Assembly (NCBI GenBank): GCA_951406725.2
Contig: OX597823.1
Span: forward strand, 11,718,001 to 11,782,000
Direction: 5' to 3'
DNA from: Octopus vulgaris
Lineage: Eukaryota
Length of the DNA: 64,000 bases
Part shown: positions 12,688 to 24,163 of the stretch, in pieces
Layout: every line of letters starts with the position of its first letter
How positions within the stretch are numbered: the stretch's first letter is position 1
Notes under the pieces: generated by a model
What the model was told of the DNA's origin: nothing
Databases searched by the model: none
Seen by the model: only the letters and a program-made list of their open reading frames with translations
Position numbers and translations under genes: made by a program

Positions 12688-13153
12688 ATCTACCACTTTA
12701 ACTTTCATCCTTGATCGGAGAGGTGGGAATGAATACATTGGCACAAACATTCTTCTTTGACTAAGATGTTTCCTTCTCAGCTATGTGATTTTGGTTTCAG
12801 TCCCACTGTTTAGCACTTGGATAAATGTCTTCTTGTGACCAATATTTTGTGAATGAAATTTGACAGATGAGAGCTGTACAAAAGCCCATCTTGTGTGTGT
12901 GTGTGTGCATGTGTGTATATCTTATTCGAATGTATTTGATTAAAAATACCATCTTTTATTTGATCCACTCAAGTTGCACAGATGATTCGTTGTCACTGTT
13001 GTCATCAAAAATGCAAATATCTACTGGATGACCCATCAAAAATGGTAACCAATAATACTTTTGTCCCACACAATATGGTATAAATTATGTACTTTTTTGT
13101 TGCTTTATTTTTATTTTCTAATTCTAATTTACTTTTCATTTTTATCTTTCTAG

Positions 13154-13441
13154 TGCCTCCAACTCCTGAAAATGTTAAAATTAGGAGGACATCACCTACT
13201 ACAGTTGATGTAATGTGGGATGAACCTGCATTTCCTGTTGCTGGATATAAAGTATACTATAATATGTTTGCCCTTCCCAACATGGACCTTTGGCAAAACA
13301 TTGATGTTGGCCCCTATACTGTGGCTGAAATTACAGGACTTGATCCACAAACTATATATGTGGTTAGAGTCCAAGCCATTTCAACTGGCAGGAGAGCTGG
13401 AAATTTTTCCGCTCCAGTGTATACAAACATGATTCCAAAAG
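13154..13441 (+). CDS. Lar: Lar exon 5: additional FN3 repeat
   Basis: ctag|TGCCT...AAAG|gtaact, 288 nt, phase 1-1; PPTPENVKIRRTSPTTVDVMWDEP...GLDPQTIYVVRVQA. Confidence 0.93.
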
Positions 13442-14049
13442 GTAACTTAGATTCTTTCTTATTAATTGTATGCTAGATTTAAATCATTATTATTGTTGAT
13501 GCTTAGTAGGGTGGAAGATTGGCTGAATTAGCAAATCATTGGATAAAATACCTTGCCATCATCATCATTGTCATTTAACGTCCATTGTCCATGCTGGCAT
13601 GGGTTGGACGACTTGGCCAGGGCTGGTAAGACGAGGGGCTGCACCAGGGTCCAGTCTGATTTGGCATGGTTTCTAAGGCTGGATGCCCTTCCAAACACAG
13701 TATTTGTTCTATCTCTTTATGTTCTGAGTTCAAATCCCAATTTTGTGTTTCATCCCTTCAGAGTTAATAGAAAGAAATACAAATCAAAAATTTGGTTGAT
13801 GTAATCAACTAAGCCCCTCTCCTCAAAATTGCTAGCCTTGTGCTTAAATTAGAAACAGCTAGGCATTTTTTATAAACCAAGCACTCTTATTTTCTTCTGA
13901 ATACAATCCTCGCAACTGGTAATCCCTGCCCTCCTCTCACGGAAGGTGTAGCCTGTCAGCATTACTTTCCAGATGGAACAAACTGTGTATTGTCAGTAGT
14001 TTCCTTGATTCCTTGTCCAAGGATTGTTGTTCCTCTGTTTGCCATTATA

Positions 14050-14480
14050 TAATTCCTGCTTCATGTCTCAAAAGAGCAATTGCTCATTAATTTATTTGCT
14101 CAGAACTTATTCCTCCATTTAGTTTCATCTTCAAAACCAATCTCAGAGCCTTCCGTTACACCTCTGATAGAATATCTTCTTATCTGGCTTTCTATGCCCA
14201 GATGATTGTATCTTTTCTTGTCTATTTCCTTCAACACTCCTGCGGGCAATTTTGCACCCTCCACTTGTTGAACTTTATCTCTTTTTAGAATCAATGCTCC
14301 ATGCATTTTTCAGCCCAAATTCCATTCTCTTGTTCTGACTAAAAGCAAAGCACTGTTTGAATCAGTTAATTCTGCTCTTTTTTCATCTTTGCCATCAAGT
14401 TTCAGGTCATTCATAAAAAGATGAGTGACCTTTACCTTTCCGTTCCTTGAACTCATATCCAACTTTATAATTTTTATGAC
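14050..14480 (-). mobile_element. Decayed LINE RT fragment, R4/Dong-like
   Basis: Minus strand THLFMNDLKL (FMDDLKL-like) and GAKLPAG...YNHLGIE (YKYLG-like). Confidence 0.6.
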
Positions 14481-14662
14481 AGAGTTTATTCATGTCACTT
14501 AATAAGGACTAATAGTAAAATAAAGATCTATTAAACGGGCTAATGTCAACGTTCCCTGAAAATATGTATATATTGTGTATGCGTGTATGTACTCTTATGT
14601 GTGTTTATGCACACACATACATACATACATGGAATGGTGCTTATGTAAACATAGAACAATCA

Positions 14663-14895
14663 GCATCATCGTTTAACGTCCATTCTCCATGCTAGCACGG
14701 GTTGGACGGTTCGACCGGGGATCTGGGAAGCCAGAAGGCTGCACCAGGCTCCAGTCTTATCTGGCAATGTTTCTACAGCCGGATGCCCTTCCTAACGCCA
14801 ACCACTCCGTGAGTGTAGTGGGTGCTTTTTACGTGCCACCCGCACAGGTGCCAGGCGAGGCTGGCAACGGCCACGGTCGGATTGGTGTATTTTAT
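14663..14895 (-). mobile_element. RTE-LINE 3' UTR fragment (family C)
   Basis: Same motifs as 6663-6990. Confidence 0.8.
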
Positions 14896-15146
14896 GAACA
14901 ATGAGAATGGTATTCCAGCTTGGTCTCTACCTCAGAGGTTTAGACAAAAATGATGGTTAGCCTTTTAAGTATACTGAATTTTATAGCTTGTCTTTCGATC
15001 TCATTACTTTGTAGCTACTTCTCTGCTTATAAAGTTTTTATCCTCTTTATATTCGTAGTGAGGCTTTACATTTGGTGTGTGTGTGTTGTACTGTGATAAT
15101 TATAATTTCATTATACATTATCTTTATTTATTTATTCATTTCATAG

Positions 15147-15250
15147 ATCGTCCAGATGCTGTTCAGAATTTTAGAGTAGCTCTCAAATCTTCTCGAATTA
15201 TTCAATTAGCGTGGGATCATCCTGAGAAACAAGTTGTCAACTCATATACG
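15147..15250 (+). CDS. Lar: Lar exon 6: N-terminal part of FN3 repeat (vertebrate FN8 equivalent)
   Basis: atag|ATCGT...TACG|gtaagt, 104 nt, phase 1-0; RPDAVQNFRVALKSSRIIQLAWDHP. Confidence 0.92.
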
Positions 15251-15469
15251 GTAAGTGCTTATATGTATATTTATATGGGTTTTTTTTTTTTATGGCTGGA
15301 TGCCCTTCCTAATGCCAACCACTTGGCAGTCTGTGCTGGGTACTATTTTTGTACTGCCGGCATTAGTAGGATTACCAAGTATGTAGTGAGGCAGAAAAGG
15401 ACAAGAAAAGAGGAAGATGAGGGAAGGGGAAGCCCTCTTGATTAAGTGATGGGGGTGGAGGTATTTGAG

Positions 15470-15693
15470 GAGCTGGCAGAAACGTTAGCACTCCGGACGG
15501 AATGCTTAGCAGTATTTCATCTGTCTTTACGTTCTGAGTTCAAATTCTGCCGAGGTCGACTTTGCCTTTCATCCTTTTGGGATCAATAAATTAAGTACCA
15601 GTTACGCACTGGGGTCGTTATAATCGACTTAATCCGTTTGTCTGTCCTTGTTTGTCCCCTCTGTGTTTAGCCCCTTGTGGGTAGTAAAGAAAT
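15470..15693 (+). mobile_element. SINE family A with target-site duplication
   Basis: Family core; TSD AGGTATTTGAG at 15459-15469 and 15694-15704. Confidence 0.88.
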
Positions 15694-16694
15694 AGGTATT
15701 TGAGAGGCTAGAGAAGTGATTAGAGGGGTTTTGCTATTGTGAAGATACATGGACTTTTTTTTTACTAAACGTGGAGCAGTCACTTAGGGGACATTTTTAT
15801 ACCTTTTTGCTTGTTGGCATATATGCTTAACTGATTTTATTTATGAACATGTTGTCAAGTTAGGCCTTGACACCATTGTTAGCTATTTATCCGCAGTCAA
15901 GTGTCAGTTTGAATATCCGTATTTAGGTATAGAGGTTTGTTGTGGCAATGTAGCATGTGCTGACCATTTTGAATTGGTTGAACGGTAGAAAGCAAATTTG
16001 TGACTGTCTTCTTGACATAACCACATATTTATTCATGTTTCCATCAAATATTAGGGCTTGACATTTTGAGACTTGTCAAGCAAAAGAGGACAGTTCATTG
16101 TTGAAATTTATGAGTTCAGTTGTCTAACTCACATTGGTTGGGTGGTAGCTTAAGGGACTGTGGTGCAAGGGTTGCCTTTAATTGCTGTAATGCTCTTTCT
16201 AGGGAGATTTTTCTCTCTACTCTTAGACATGTTTAATGCATAAAGTCTCCTCCTCCAGCAAAATGCTTGCTTCTTGATTATCCACATACAAGGCAAGGCA
16301 GGTGATCCATTAAAATTTTGTGTTAATATCTGTGGTCACTATGAGTATAGATGTGGGTGATAATACAATTCAGGAACTTGATCTCACTGAGTTTTCCCTG
16401 CCCAGCATTGTGTCAATGATGCCTTTGTGCTGGTGGCCGTTCAGTGCTTTAGAATTGCCAGAATACAGCCTGTGTTTAGTACAGGATAGTTTGTTTCCAT
16501 ATTCACAATTAGTTTCTGTGTCTAAAGTCTGCCCCCTTATCTGTCACCTGGGTAGAAGTTCTCTTCCAATTTTTATATTATGCTTTATTTACGCTAAATG
16601 TTCATATATATTACGTATTTTGTATTATATAGTTTTTATCATGTATAACCAACCATATTACATTGTATTATTTTTTTTCCCATTTCTTCAAAAG

Positions 16695-16908
16695 CTAACC
16701 TTTGAGGGATCAAAATCATATTGGGAAAAGGGTACACTAAAAACCATCTATTCTCCACTTGTTTCTCGACAAATTGGAGGTCAAGAATCTTCATGGCAAG
16801 TTGAAAATCTGCAACCAAAAATGAAATACGATTTCAATATCAGTGCACTTTTCCGTGATGGAACTACAGGACCAGATCAATATTTAACCACTGAAACTCT
16901 CATTGAAC
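16695..16908 (+). CDS. Lar: Lar exon 7: C-terminal part of FN3 repeat
   Basis: aaag|CTAACC...GAAC|gtaagt, 214 nt, phase 0-1; LTFEGSKSYW...VENLQPKMKYDFNISA; AAG acceptor, so 5' edge is slightly less certain. Confidence 0.87.
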
Positions 16909-16995
16909 GTAAGTTACCACTCTGGTTATACTTGATGTTGTCTTTATATCTTTGGATTTGTTCATGCACATTTTTAAGTTTGTCATTTCTATTAA

Positions 16996-17215
16996 CCCTT
17001 TTGTTACCAACGTGGCTGAAACCGGCTCTGGCTCTGAGTACAAATGTCTTGTTTTCATAAGTTTTGAATTAAAATCTTCCACCAAACCTTAGTCACAATT
17101 TATGTTCCTAAAACTAGCTTAATCACAACCAAGTTATTTTACTAAATTCTTTATTATATTCAAAGTAATTGAAAGAAACACAGAGCATCTCAAAATAAAT
17201 ACAGTAACGAAAGGG
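16996..17215 (+). mobile_element. piggyBac-like MITE family 1
   Basis: TTAA|CCCTTTTGTTAC...GTAACGAAAGGG|TTAA; inverted copy at 32342-32561. Confidence 0.85.
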
Positions 17216-18049
17216 TTAAATATTTTGATGGATATATATCTGAGGTTGAAATGAGATTGTTATTACATAGTTAATTATTTTTAATTTTGATAATTAACTA
17301 AGTCTTTATCGAGATGAAAAAAAAAGACTTTATAATAGATTCAGAAAATGTTTTTATTGTAGTTGTAAGTTTTCTGAGGTTAATTAGAAAAATTATAGTC
17401 ATATTTTTCTTATTATAACATACAAAGTATCAGTATATTAAGAGATGTGACCAACTAAAAAACCCTAGGAATTGACAAAGCCTCTCAATTGCTGAATGGC
17501 ACATCTAAACAGCTTTCATGTATCTATGATAGTAGTAGTTAATGGTCAGTGTCAACACCTAGAGTTCCTGATAGAGTAATTCGTCCCCAAAGCAAAAGCA
17601 CTGGATGCCCTCGCACATGCAAGCTAAAAAAGAATAACTGTTTCTATGAATCTGTTACAGTTTAACAACAATCTGTAAATAAATTCTTGACATCCATACT
17701 CTACATTAGGTTACCCTCTCACATAGATGGTAGCAAGATCTTAACTGAAAAGCAAAACAGGTACTGGGAAAAGATGTGTGGTTGTAAAGAGCTGAAGTAA
17801 TGGGTGAACCATCCTATAATTAAAGACAAAAAAAAATAAGAGAGAACAATCTTAACATAGCATGGATTCAGTACTGACAAGACATGGGTATTGGAAACAC
17901 TCCATATTAATAAAGCAACTCCAGTACTAAGTAGATACGTCAGTTATGCCATGTCAAAATGGGAACACAACCATGTCACAATGAGAAAAGCAAGTGCTAA
18001 AACCACTCATATAACCACAAGTAAATCTTTAAAAAGGTTCTTTTTTACA

Positions 18050-18440
18050 GGCGCAGGAGTGGCTGTGTGGTAAGTAGCTTGCTTACCAACCACATGGTTC
18101 TGGGTTCAGTCCCACTGCGTGGCACCTTGGGCAAGTGTCTTGTACTATAGCCTCGGGCCGACCAAAACCTTGTGGGTGGATTTGGTAGACGGAAACTCAA
18201 AGAAGCCTGTCGTATATATATATGTGTTTATATATATGTTTGTGTCTGTGTTTGTCCCTCTCAACATCGCTTAACAACCGATGCTGGTGTGTTTACGCCC
18301 CCATAACTTAGCGGTTCGGCAAGAGAGACCAATGGAATAAGTACTAGGCTTACAAAGAATAAGTCCTGGGGTCGATTTGCTCAACTAAAGGCGGTGCTCC
18401 AGCATGGCTGCAGTCAAATGACTGAAACAAATAAAAGAAG
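18050..18440 (+). mobile_element. SINE family B, full length
   Basis: Same head and GGCGGTGCTCCAGCATGG...GACTGAAAC tail. Confidence 0.85.
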
Positions 18441-18665
18441 TACAGTTTTCTTGTACATAGCCCTGGCTCCATTAGTGAATTCGTTCAATGACATTGTTAT
18501 GAATGCTTCAGACAAATTAAAAACCACTTCATTAATTAGAGCTGTTTACAAGACACAGTTCCAAATTGGGGCACTTAACTACATACATTAAATCAGGCCC
18601 AGGCATCATAAATTTAGAACAAAACAAGCTATAAGATACTTAAGAGTAAATAATGTTGGTAGTAT

Positions 18666-18925
18666 TCATGCTGGTGGCACGTAAAAAGCACCATCCATCC
18701 GTGGCCGTTTGCCAGCTCTGTCTGGCACCTGTGCGGGTGGCACATAAAGAGCACCCACTACACTCACGGAGTGGTTGGCATTAGGAAGGGCATCCAGCTG
18801 TAGAAACACTGCCAGATCTGACTGGCCTGGTGCAGCCTTCTGGCTTCCCAGACCCCAGTTGAACCGTCCAGCCCATGCTAGCATGGAGAACGAACGCTAA
18901 ATGATGAGGATGATGAATGATGATG
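18666..18925 (+). mobile_element. RTE-LINE 3' UTR fragment (family C)
   Basis: GGAAGGGCATCCAGCTGTAG...CCATGCTAGCATGG...(GAT)n. Confidence 0.8.
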
Positions 18926-19248
18926 AAAGTAGTGGTATGGAAAAAACAATAGAAATGACTACTGAATAACAATAATGATTATCATGGACTCTCTCGTCAA
19001 AGACGACATTAGCATTCAGCTTTTGCCAAACGACCTGCAAAAATGATTTGTTTATAGTGATCAAATGTTCGTGTCACACATTAGCTCACTCTCTCCATCA
19101 AATTGACGTTGTCCGAACAGGTGCATGGTGCACCATGCATTAGGTGTCAAAATGGTTGCAGAGCAATGGGAGATGAAGTGTTTTGCTCAAGGTATTGTAA
19201 TCGCAATTGTAAGTGCAACACCCTAACTACTAGGCCATGCACCCTCAC

Positions 19249-19295
<47 letters not shown>

Positions 19296-19299
19296 TAAT

Positions 19300-19512
19300 A
19301 ATGGTTTCAAATTTTGCCACAGGGGCAGCAGTTTTGGGGGCAGGGATGAGTCAATTACATTGACCCCCAGTGTTCAACTGGTACTTAGACCCCGAAAGGA
19401 TGAAAGGCAAAGTTGACCTCAGCAGAATTTGAACTCTGAATGTAGACATGGACAGACGAAATGCTACTAAGCATTCTGCCCAGCATGCTAACAGTTCTGC
19501 CAGTTTGCCACC
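19300..19512 (-). mobile_element. SINE family A, reverse strand, inside (AAT)n
   Basis: Reverse-complement core CCCCGAAAGGATGAAAGGCAAAG...GAATTTGAACTC. Confidence 0.8.
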
Positions 19513-19746
19513 AATAATAATAATAATAATCATAATAATAATAATATAATAATCATCATCATCATCATCATCATCGTTTAGCGTCCGTTTTCCATGCTAG
19601 CATGGGTTGGACGGTTCTACTGGGGTCTGTGAAGCCAGAAGGCTTCATCAGGCCCAGTCAAATAATAATAAAATTAATTAAAAATTGTATTAATTGTGAA
19701 TTACTTCATTGTATTAAATTTAATTTCTAAAATAATTTTTTTTCAG

Positions 19747-19913
19747 CACCATCTTATGTTGATGTTCCTGTTATAAAATCATACGGCTCAGGCACAGTTG
19801 AACTGGGCCTGTATCGGGCCAGTGAAAAACATGGACCATTAAGCCATTACCTCTTAATCGTTGTGCCTGAGCAGTATCCTGAAAAGGCTCCTGAAGATTT
19901 TGAAGTTGAAGAG
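19747..19913 (+). CDS. Lar: Lar exon 8: membrane-proximal FN3-like stalk (not in ORF track)
   Basis: tcag|CACCA...AGAG|gtatgt, 167 nt, phase 1-0; PSYVDVPVIKSYGSGTVELGLYRASEKHGPLSHYLLIVVPEQYPEKAPEDFEVEE. Confidence 0.92.
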
Positions 19914-20736
19914 GTATGTTCTTTTTTCATTTTCTAAGATTATCATTCTGGTATTCATTTTTAGGCTATAAATTCTGCTGAAACCATTTGCGCCCTTGTC
20001 AGTGTTGGTATTATTCTCATGTCTGTTTTTTGATGGTATGCATTTTATCAGCAACAGTAGGGCATATTACCACTCCCTGTAGACCTGTACTAGCTTGTAT
20101 CTGAACATCAGTGTTCTCTAAACATACTTCTTCACTTCTTCCCATACCTTGATACATCTTTCCAACTCCTTCCACTGTTATCTCATGGTATCTTATCTCC
20201 CAGTTAGTCTCAGTCATCGCATTAAATGTCCTTGACCCGTGCAGCTTATTTTTCTCAGCAAAACTGCTTTCTCACCTCACTTGGCTCCAAACTTTCCAAA
20301 ACAGTTTATTTTTATTTAATATTACTATTTGTGGACCAATCACAGATTCACTGCACTTATGGTGAGTGTATTGAGGGAGTATTTGTAACTCAAAACAAAT
20401 GTCCCTAAGGATTCTGTTATCAGATGTACATTTTAATATTTTGGAGAGTGAAAATACCACATTTTTGGCACCATCACAAAGAATTGTGATGGTGCCAAAA
20501 ATGGGAGATTGATGCTATTAATGCTCCTCTTGACCCTTTGCAAGTCTATACTTGAAAGAAAAACAGACAAAGGAGTTTCAGAGAATTGACATTCTGGGAA
20601 GGATAGTCCTGGCATAGTGATTGATGTAGGGGCTCAGTAGACATGTGCACAATAAAGGAGGTGAGAAAGAGGGATGATGACATTGATAATATTAGTTGCA
20701 ACAGCTTTTGTATTTAAATTTTGTTTATGTTTTCAG

Positions 20737-20922
20737 CTTGAAGACGATGGCCCTGTTGATATGCCATCTTTAAATCCCTACATTGCTGCAAGATTTGAAG
20801 CCAACTCCTTACCAGATGTACTGAAACTCGGTAATAAACAGATGTATGACTCCCATACCAACAGACCGTTAGATCCTGACCACACCTATAGAGTATTTCT
20901 CAGAGCCTATTCTGTCGACCCG
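20737..20922 (+). CDS. Lar: Lar exon 9: stalk
   Basis: tcag|CTTGAA...CCCG|gtaagt, 186 nt, phase 0-0; PYIAARF...LPDVLKLGNKQMY...NRPL...YRVFLRA matches the LAR stalk. Confidence 0.94.
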
Positions 20923-21233
20923 GTAAGTTACCTTCCAGTTTGATGTTACCTTTATTAACACCATTATTTTGAAATGGCAAACAAGAAATACTATCACTAT
21001 CACCACTACCAATACTGCTGATCCACTAGACCATATTCACTAAAAATTTCAATGGTGATTAGTGTAAATGACAATATTCTTTCTTTCAGTTCATTGTACT
21101 GATGCTCCTTGGCAGAAGTGGTGTTGATGTAGCTAGCAACTATTGTATAAATGTATAAATATATAGCTATGGCTAACTACTAATATGTGGATGTTGTAAG
21201 CTAGAAGTGAATGAATGTGTTGATGAGGTTTGC

Positions 21234-21460
21234 ATGAATGTCTTTAAAATAAAACTGGATCTCTTCCTGTCAGGTGTCCCAGATGAACCAACTTCACGGC
21301 AGGAGGTGCAGGTGAGGGCAGCTGCATCGAACTCTCTCATGCACCAGATGGCAATTGCTAAAAAGCATTCGTGAAGTAAAAATCATGTAGCAACACCAAA
21401 TGGCGGTGCCCCAGCATGGCCACAGCTCGTGAGCTGAAACTAGATAAAATAAAATAAAAA
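21234..21460 (+). mobile_element. CR1/L2-group LINE 3' end
   Basis: FKIKLDLFLSGVPDEPT...RAAASNSLMHQ...* (TGA 21372-21374), then GGCGGTGCCCCAGCATGGCC tail and (TAAAA)n. Confidence 0.72.
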
Positions 21461-22365
21461 ATTTTAAAATAATGTGGTTAGCTTCTAGTAGAAGAAAGAT
21501 ATTGTTTCACACATTATTTTCCTTTAGTACATGGTGGAATATTGTATTGTCAAGTGTTATTTTAACAAAATTGATGGAACAAAAATACCTTTTGGTATTT
21601 CATTATGTGTCTTTGTTCTGAATTCAGATCCTACTTTTATCCTTCTATTTTGGATAAAATAAACTAGGCAAATTTTGGAGTTGAGCTAATCAACCGTGCC
21701 CACTCCCCAAATTGTGGCTTTCTGCCTTTGTTAGAAATCAATATTGTTCCATTAAAGCATAACATATTGGCTTTGAACAAGTCTGACAGTTTGGTTAGGT
21801 TTGTTTGTTGTCAACACCTTCTGTGCAGAGTGGTTGCTGTACTGACGTGTACTGAGGCTGTAATATCTACAAACATTCCTGGATGACAAATAGGTGTGGT
21901 TGCTCTTTGTTGAGCATGTTTTCCTACAACTGTCTCTTCGACAGACTCGCAGTCATGGATCCAATCAAAGCCCAAAAGTGGGTGCCTGGTGTCGGGAATG
22001 TTGCCAGACCTTCACAGCTCTCCACCAGTCTGTAACCACTACACCTAGGACTTCCTCTCCAGCTTCTTACGCTTGAGCCATTCTATAAAAAAACATTTAA
22101 TAATCTACAATTTAGTTTAACTGTAAAAGCTTGTGAGATGGAAGCCAACACTCCCTGATGAGTCTTTAATGAAAAGTGAAACCAGTCAAATTGATTTTCA
22201 TTCCTAGCAGCTGAAAGTTCTGCATTTTAACTATTATTAGTCTAAATATATACTCATTAAATCTATTCATTCATTCTGTAATGGTTCTCAAGTAATATAG
22301 TTAATTTATATTAATTTCTGCTGAGTATTTTTCACTAAATTTCTTTCTTTTTTTTTTTTTTTCAG

Positions 22366-22565
22366 AAACTTTACACTTCGAGTGAATATTCAGCATCATT
22401 CCAAATAAAGATAGATGGATTCAAAAGAAATGGAGTAGGAACAGATCTACCTAATCCAAGACCGACTATGGATGACGCACGCAATCTTTTACTTATTGTT
22501 GCACCTGTTTGCGGTGCAGTTGGTTTGCTTATTATTGTCTGCATTTTAGTTGTTATCTACTTCAA
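22366..22565 (+). CDS. Lar: Lar exon 10: end of ectodomain and transmembrane helix (not in ORF track)
   Basis: tcag|AAACTT...TCAA|gtaagt, 200 nt, phase 0-2; KLYTSSEYS...LLLIVAPVCGAVGLLIIVCILVVIYF(K). Confidence 0.94.
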
Positions 22566-22960
22566 GTAAGTTAATAAATTAACTTTACTGTTGTGCATGT
22601 GCATGTGTGTGTGTGTGGCAGGGGTCAGGGGTAGTGGTCATGCTTTGATTTATGATGCCACAGTCATATATTGTCTGACTTTCTTCAAGCCATGTCTTAA
22701 TGCATTACTCTGTAAGTCATACATTTTTGTTAGTGACATCCAATGTCAGATATTTTAATCTGTAAAACTCCCATGCTCCAATCTTCCTCCTCCTTCTCAC
22801 ATCATTACCTAATCTGTGCCATATCTTAACTTGTATCAAACCAATGTACATACTTTATGTTGTGACAACTTCAAGTGTGTCTGTTCTAAGCTTATTTTTG
22901 AGTTGGTGCTATCAATCAGACAATTCTGCAGCAATCCCAAAGTTCTGTATGTTATTAGTA

Positions 22961-23008
22961 CCTCACGATACTGGTACCTCACGATACTGGTACCTCATGA
23001 TACTGGTA
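22961..23008. repeat. 16 bp minisatellite x3
   Basis: CCTCA(C/T)GATACTGGTA x3. Confidence 0.9.
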
Positions 23009-23061
23009 CAACTTCGGTTGTAGTGTAGCCCACTAATGCAGTTTTACTAAACTGTTTGTTA

Positions 23062-23490
23062 CATCATCATCATCATCATTTAGCATCCGCTTTCCATGCT
23101 AGCATGGGTTGGACAGTCCAACTGGGGTCTGGGAAGCCAGAAGGCTGCACCAGGCCCAGTCTGATATGGCAATGTTTCTACGGGTGGATGCCCTTCCTAA
23201 TGCCAACCACTCCATGAGTGTAGTGGATGCTTTTTACGTACCACCGGCACAGGTGCCAGACAGGGCTGGCAAACGGCCATGATCAGATGGTGCTTTTTAT
23301 GTGCTAGACAAGGCTGGGAAACGGCCACGATCAGATGGTACTTTTTACCTGCCAGACGAGGCTGGCAAATGGCCATGATCGGATGGTGATTTTTACGTGC
23401 CACCGGCACGGAGGCCAGTCGGGGCGGCGCTGGCAAAGGCCACGTTCGGATGGTTCTCTTATGTGCCACTGGTACTGGTATCACAGCTAT
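23062..23490 (-). mobile_element. RTE-LINE 3' UTR fragment with internal tandem subrepeats
   Basis: Family C motifs plus four ~45-65 bp units of GGCTGGCAAACGGCCA(C/T)GATC(A/G)GATGG. Confidence 0.8.
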
Positions 23491-23930
23491 ATCATTTAGT
23501 TGTCACTCACAAATATGACGTAGTAGGTTGTACAGGTTGTACTATTCTTCTGATAATTGTTTTAGGAATGCAATTAGTCATATAATTAGATGCAGACACT
23601 TTCTAGGCCCTCCCACCCATGACCAAGTAGGACATCATGGATATGACATTGTGGAGAGGAAGTTGCACCAGCAGCTTGGGTGGGCACTCATCTACAGCTG
23701 AGTAGACTGGAGCAACAAGTAACAAAAGTTTCCTGGTCAGAAATCAAACTCACAACATTATGACCATGAGGACAACACTCAGATGATTACATGTTTCCCT
23801 TCTCCTCTTACATCAGTAGTAAAAGAAATGACCATAACAGCTATCTTATGATAGATCACTGTACAAAATGTTTAGGTAATGATGTAGCAGAGATAGCGGA
23901 GTGCTATGCTAAGTGGTATTTGAATATTTT

Positions 23931-24163
23931 AAGGCGGCGAGCTGGTAGAAACTTTAGCATCCCAAGCGAAATGCTGAGTGGTATTTCATCTGCCGTATGT
24001 TCTGAGTTCAAATTCCGCCGAGGTCGACTTTGCCTTTCATCCTTTCGGGGTCGATTAAATAAGTACCAGTTACGCACTGGGGTCGATATAATCGACTTAA
24101 TCCATTTGTCTGTCCTTGCTTGTCCTCTCTATGTTTAGCCCCTTGTGGGTAGTAAAGAAATAA
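23931..24163 (+). mobile_element. SINE family A with target-site duplication
   Basis: Full-length copy; TSD GTATTTGAATATT at 23916-23928 and 24164-24176. Confidence 0.88.

Noticed and set aside
15880-16560. Faint LINE-like coding traces here and at 17450-18040, 19960-20630, 36800-37250
   Set aside because: Too decayed to assign motifs, family or boundaries by eye
21274-21311. Apparent cassette exon (tcag|...|gtgagg) between exons 9 and 10
   Set aside because: 38 nt would shift the frame, and the sequence is explained as a LINE ORF2 C-terminus
23240-23480. Regularly spaced direct repeats resembling a CRISPR array
   Set aside because: Subrepeats inside the RTE 3' UTR, no unique spacers, no cas genes, eukaryotic intron
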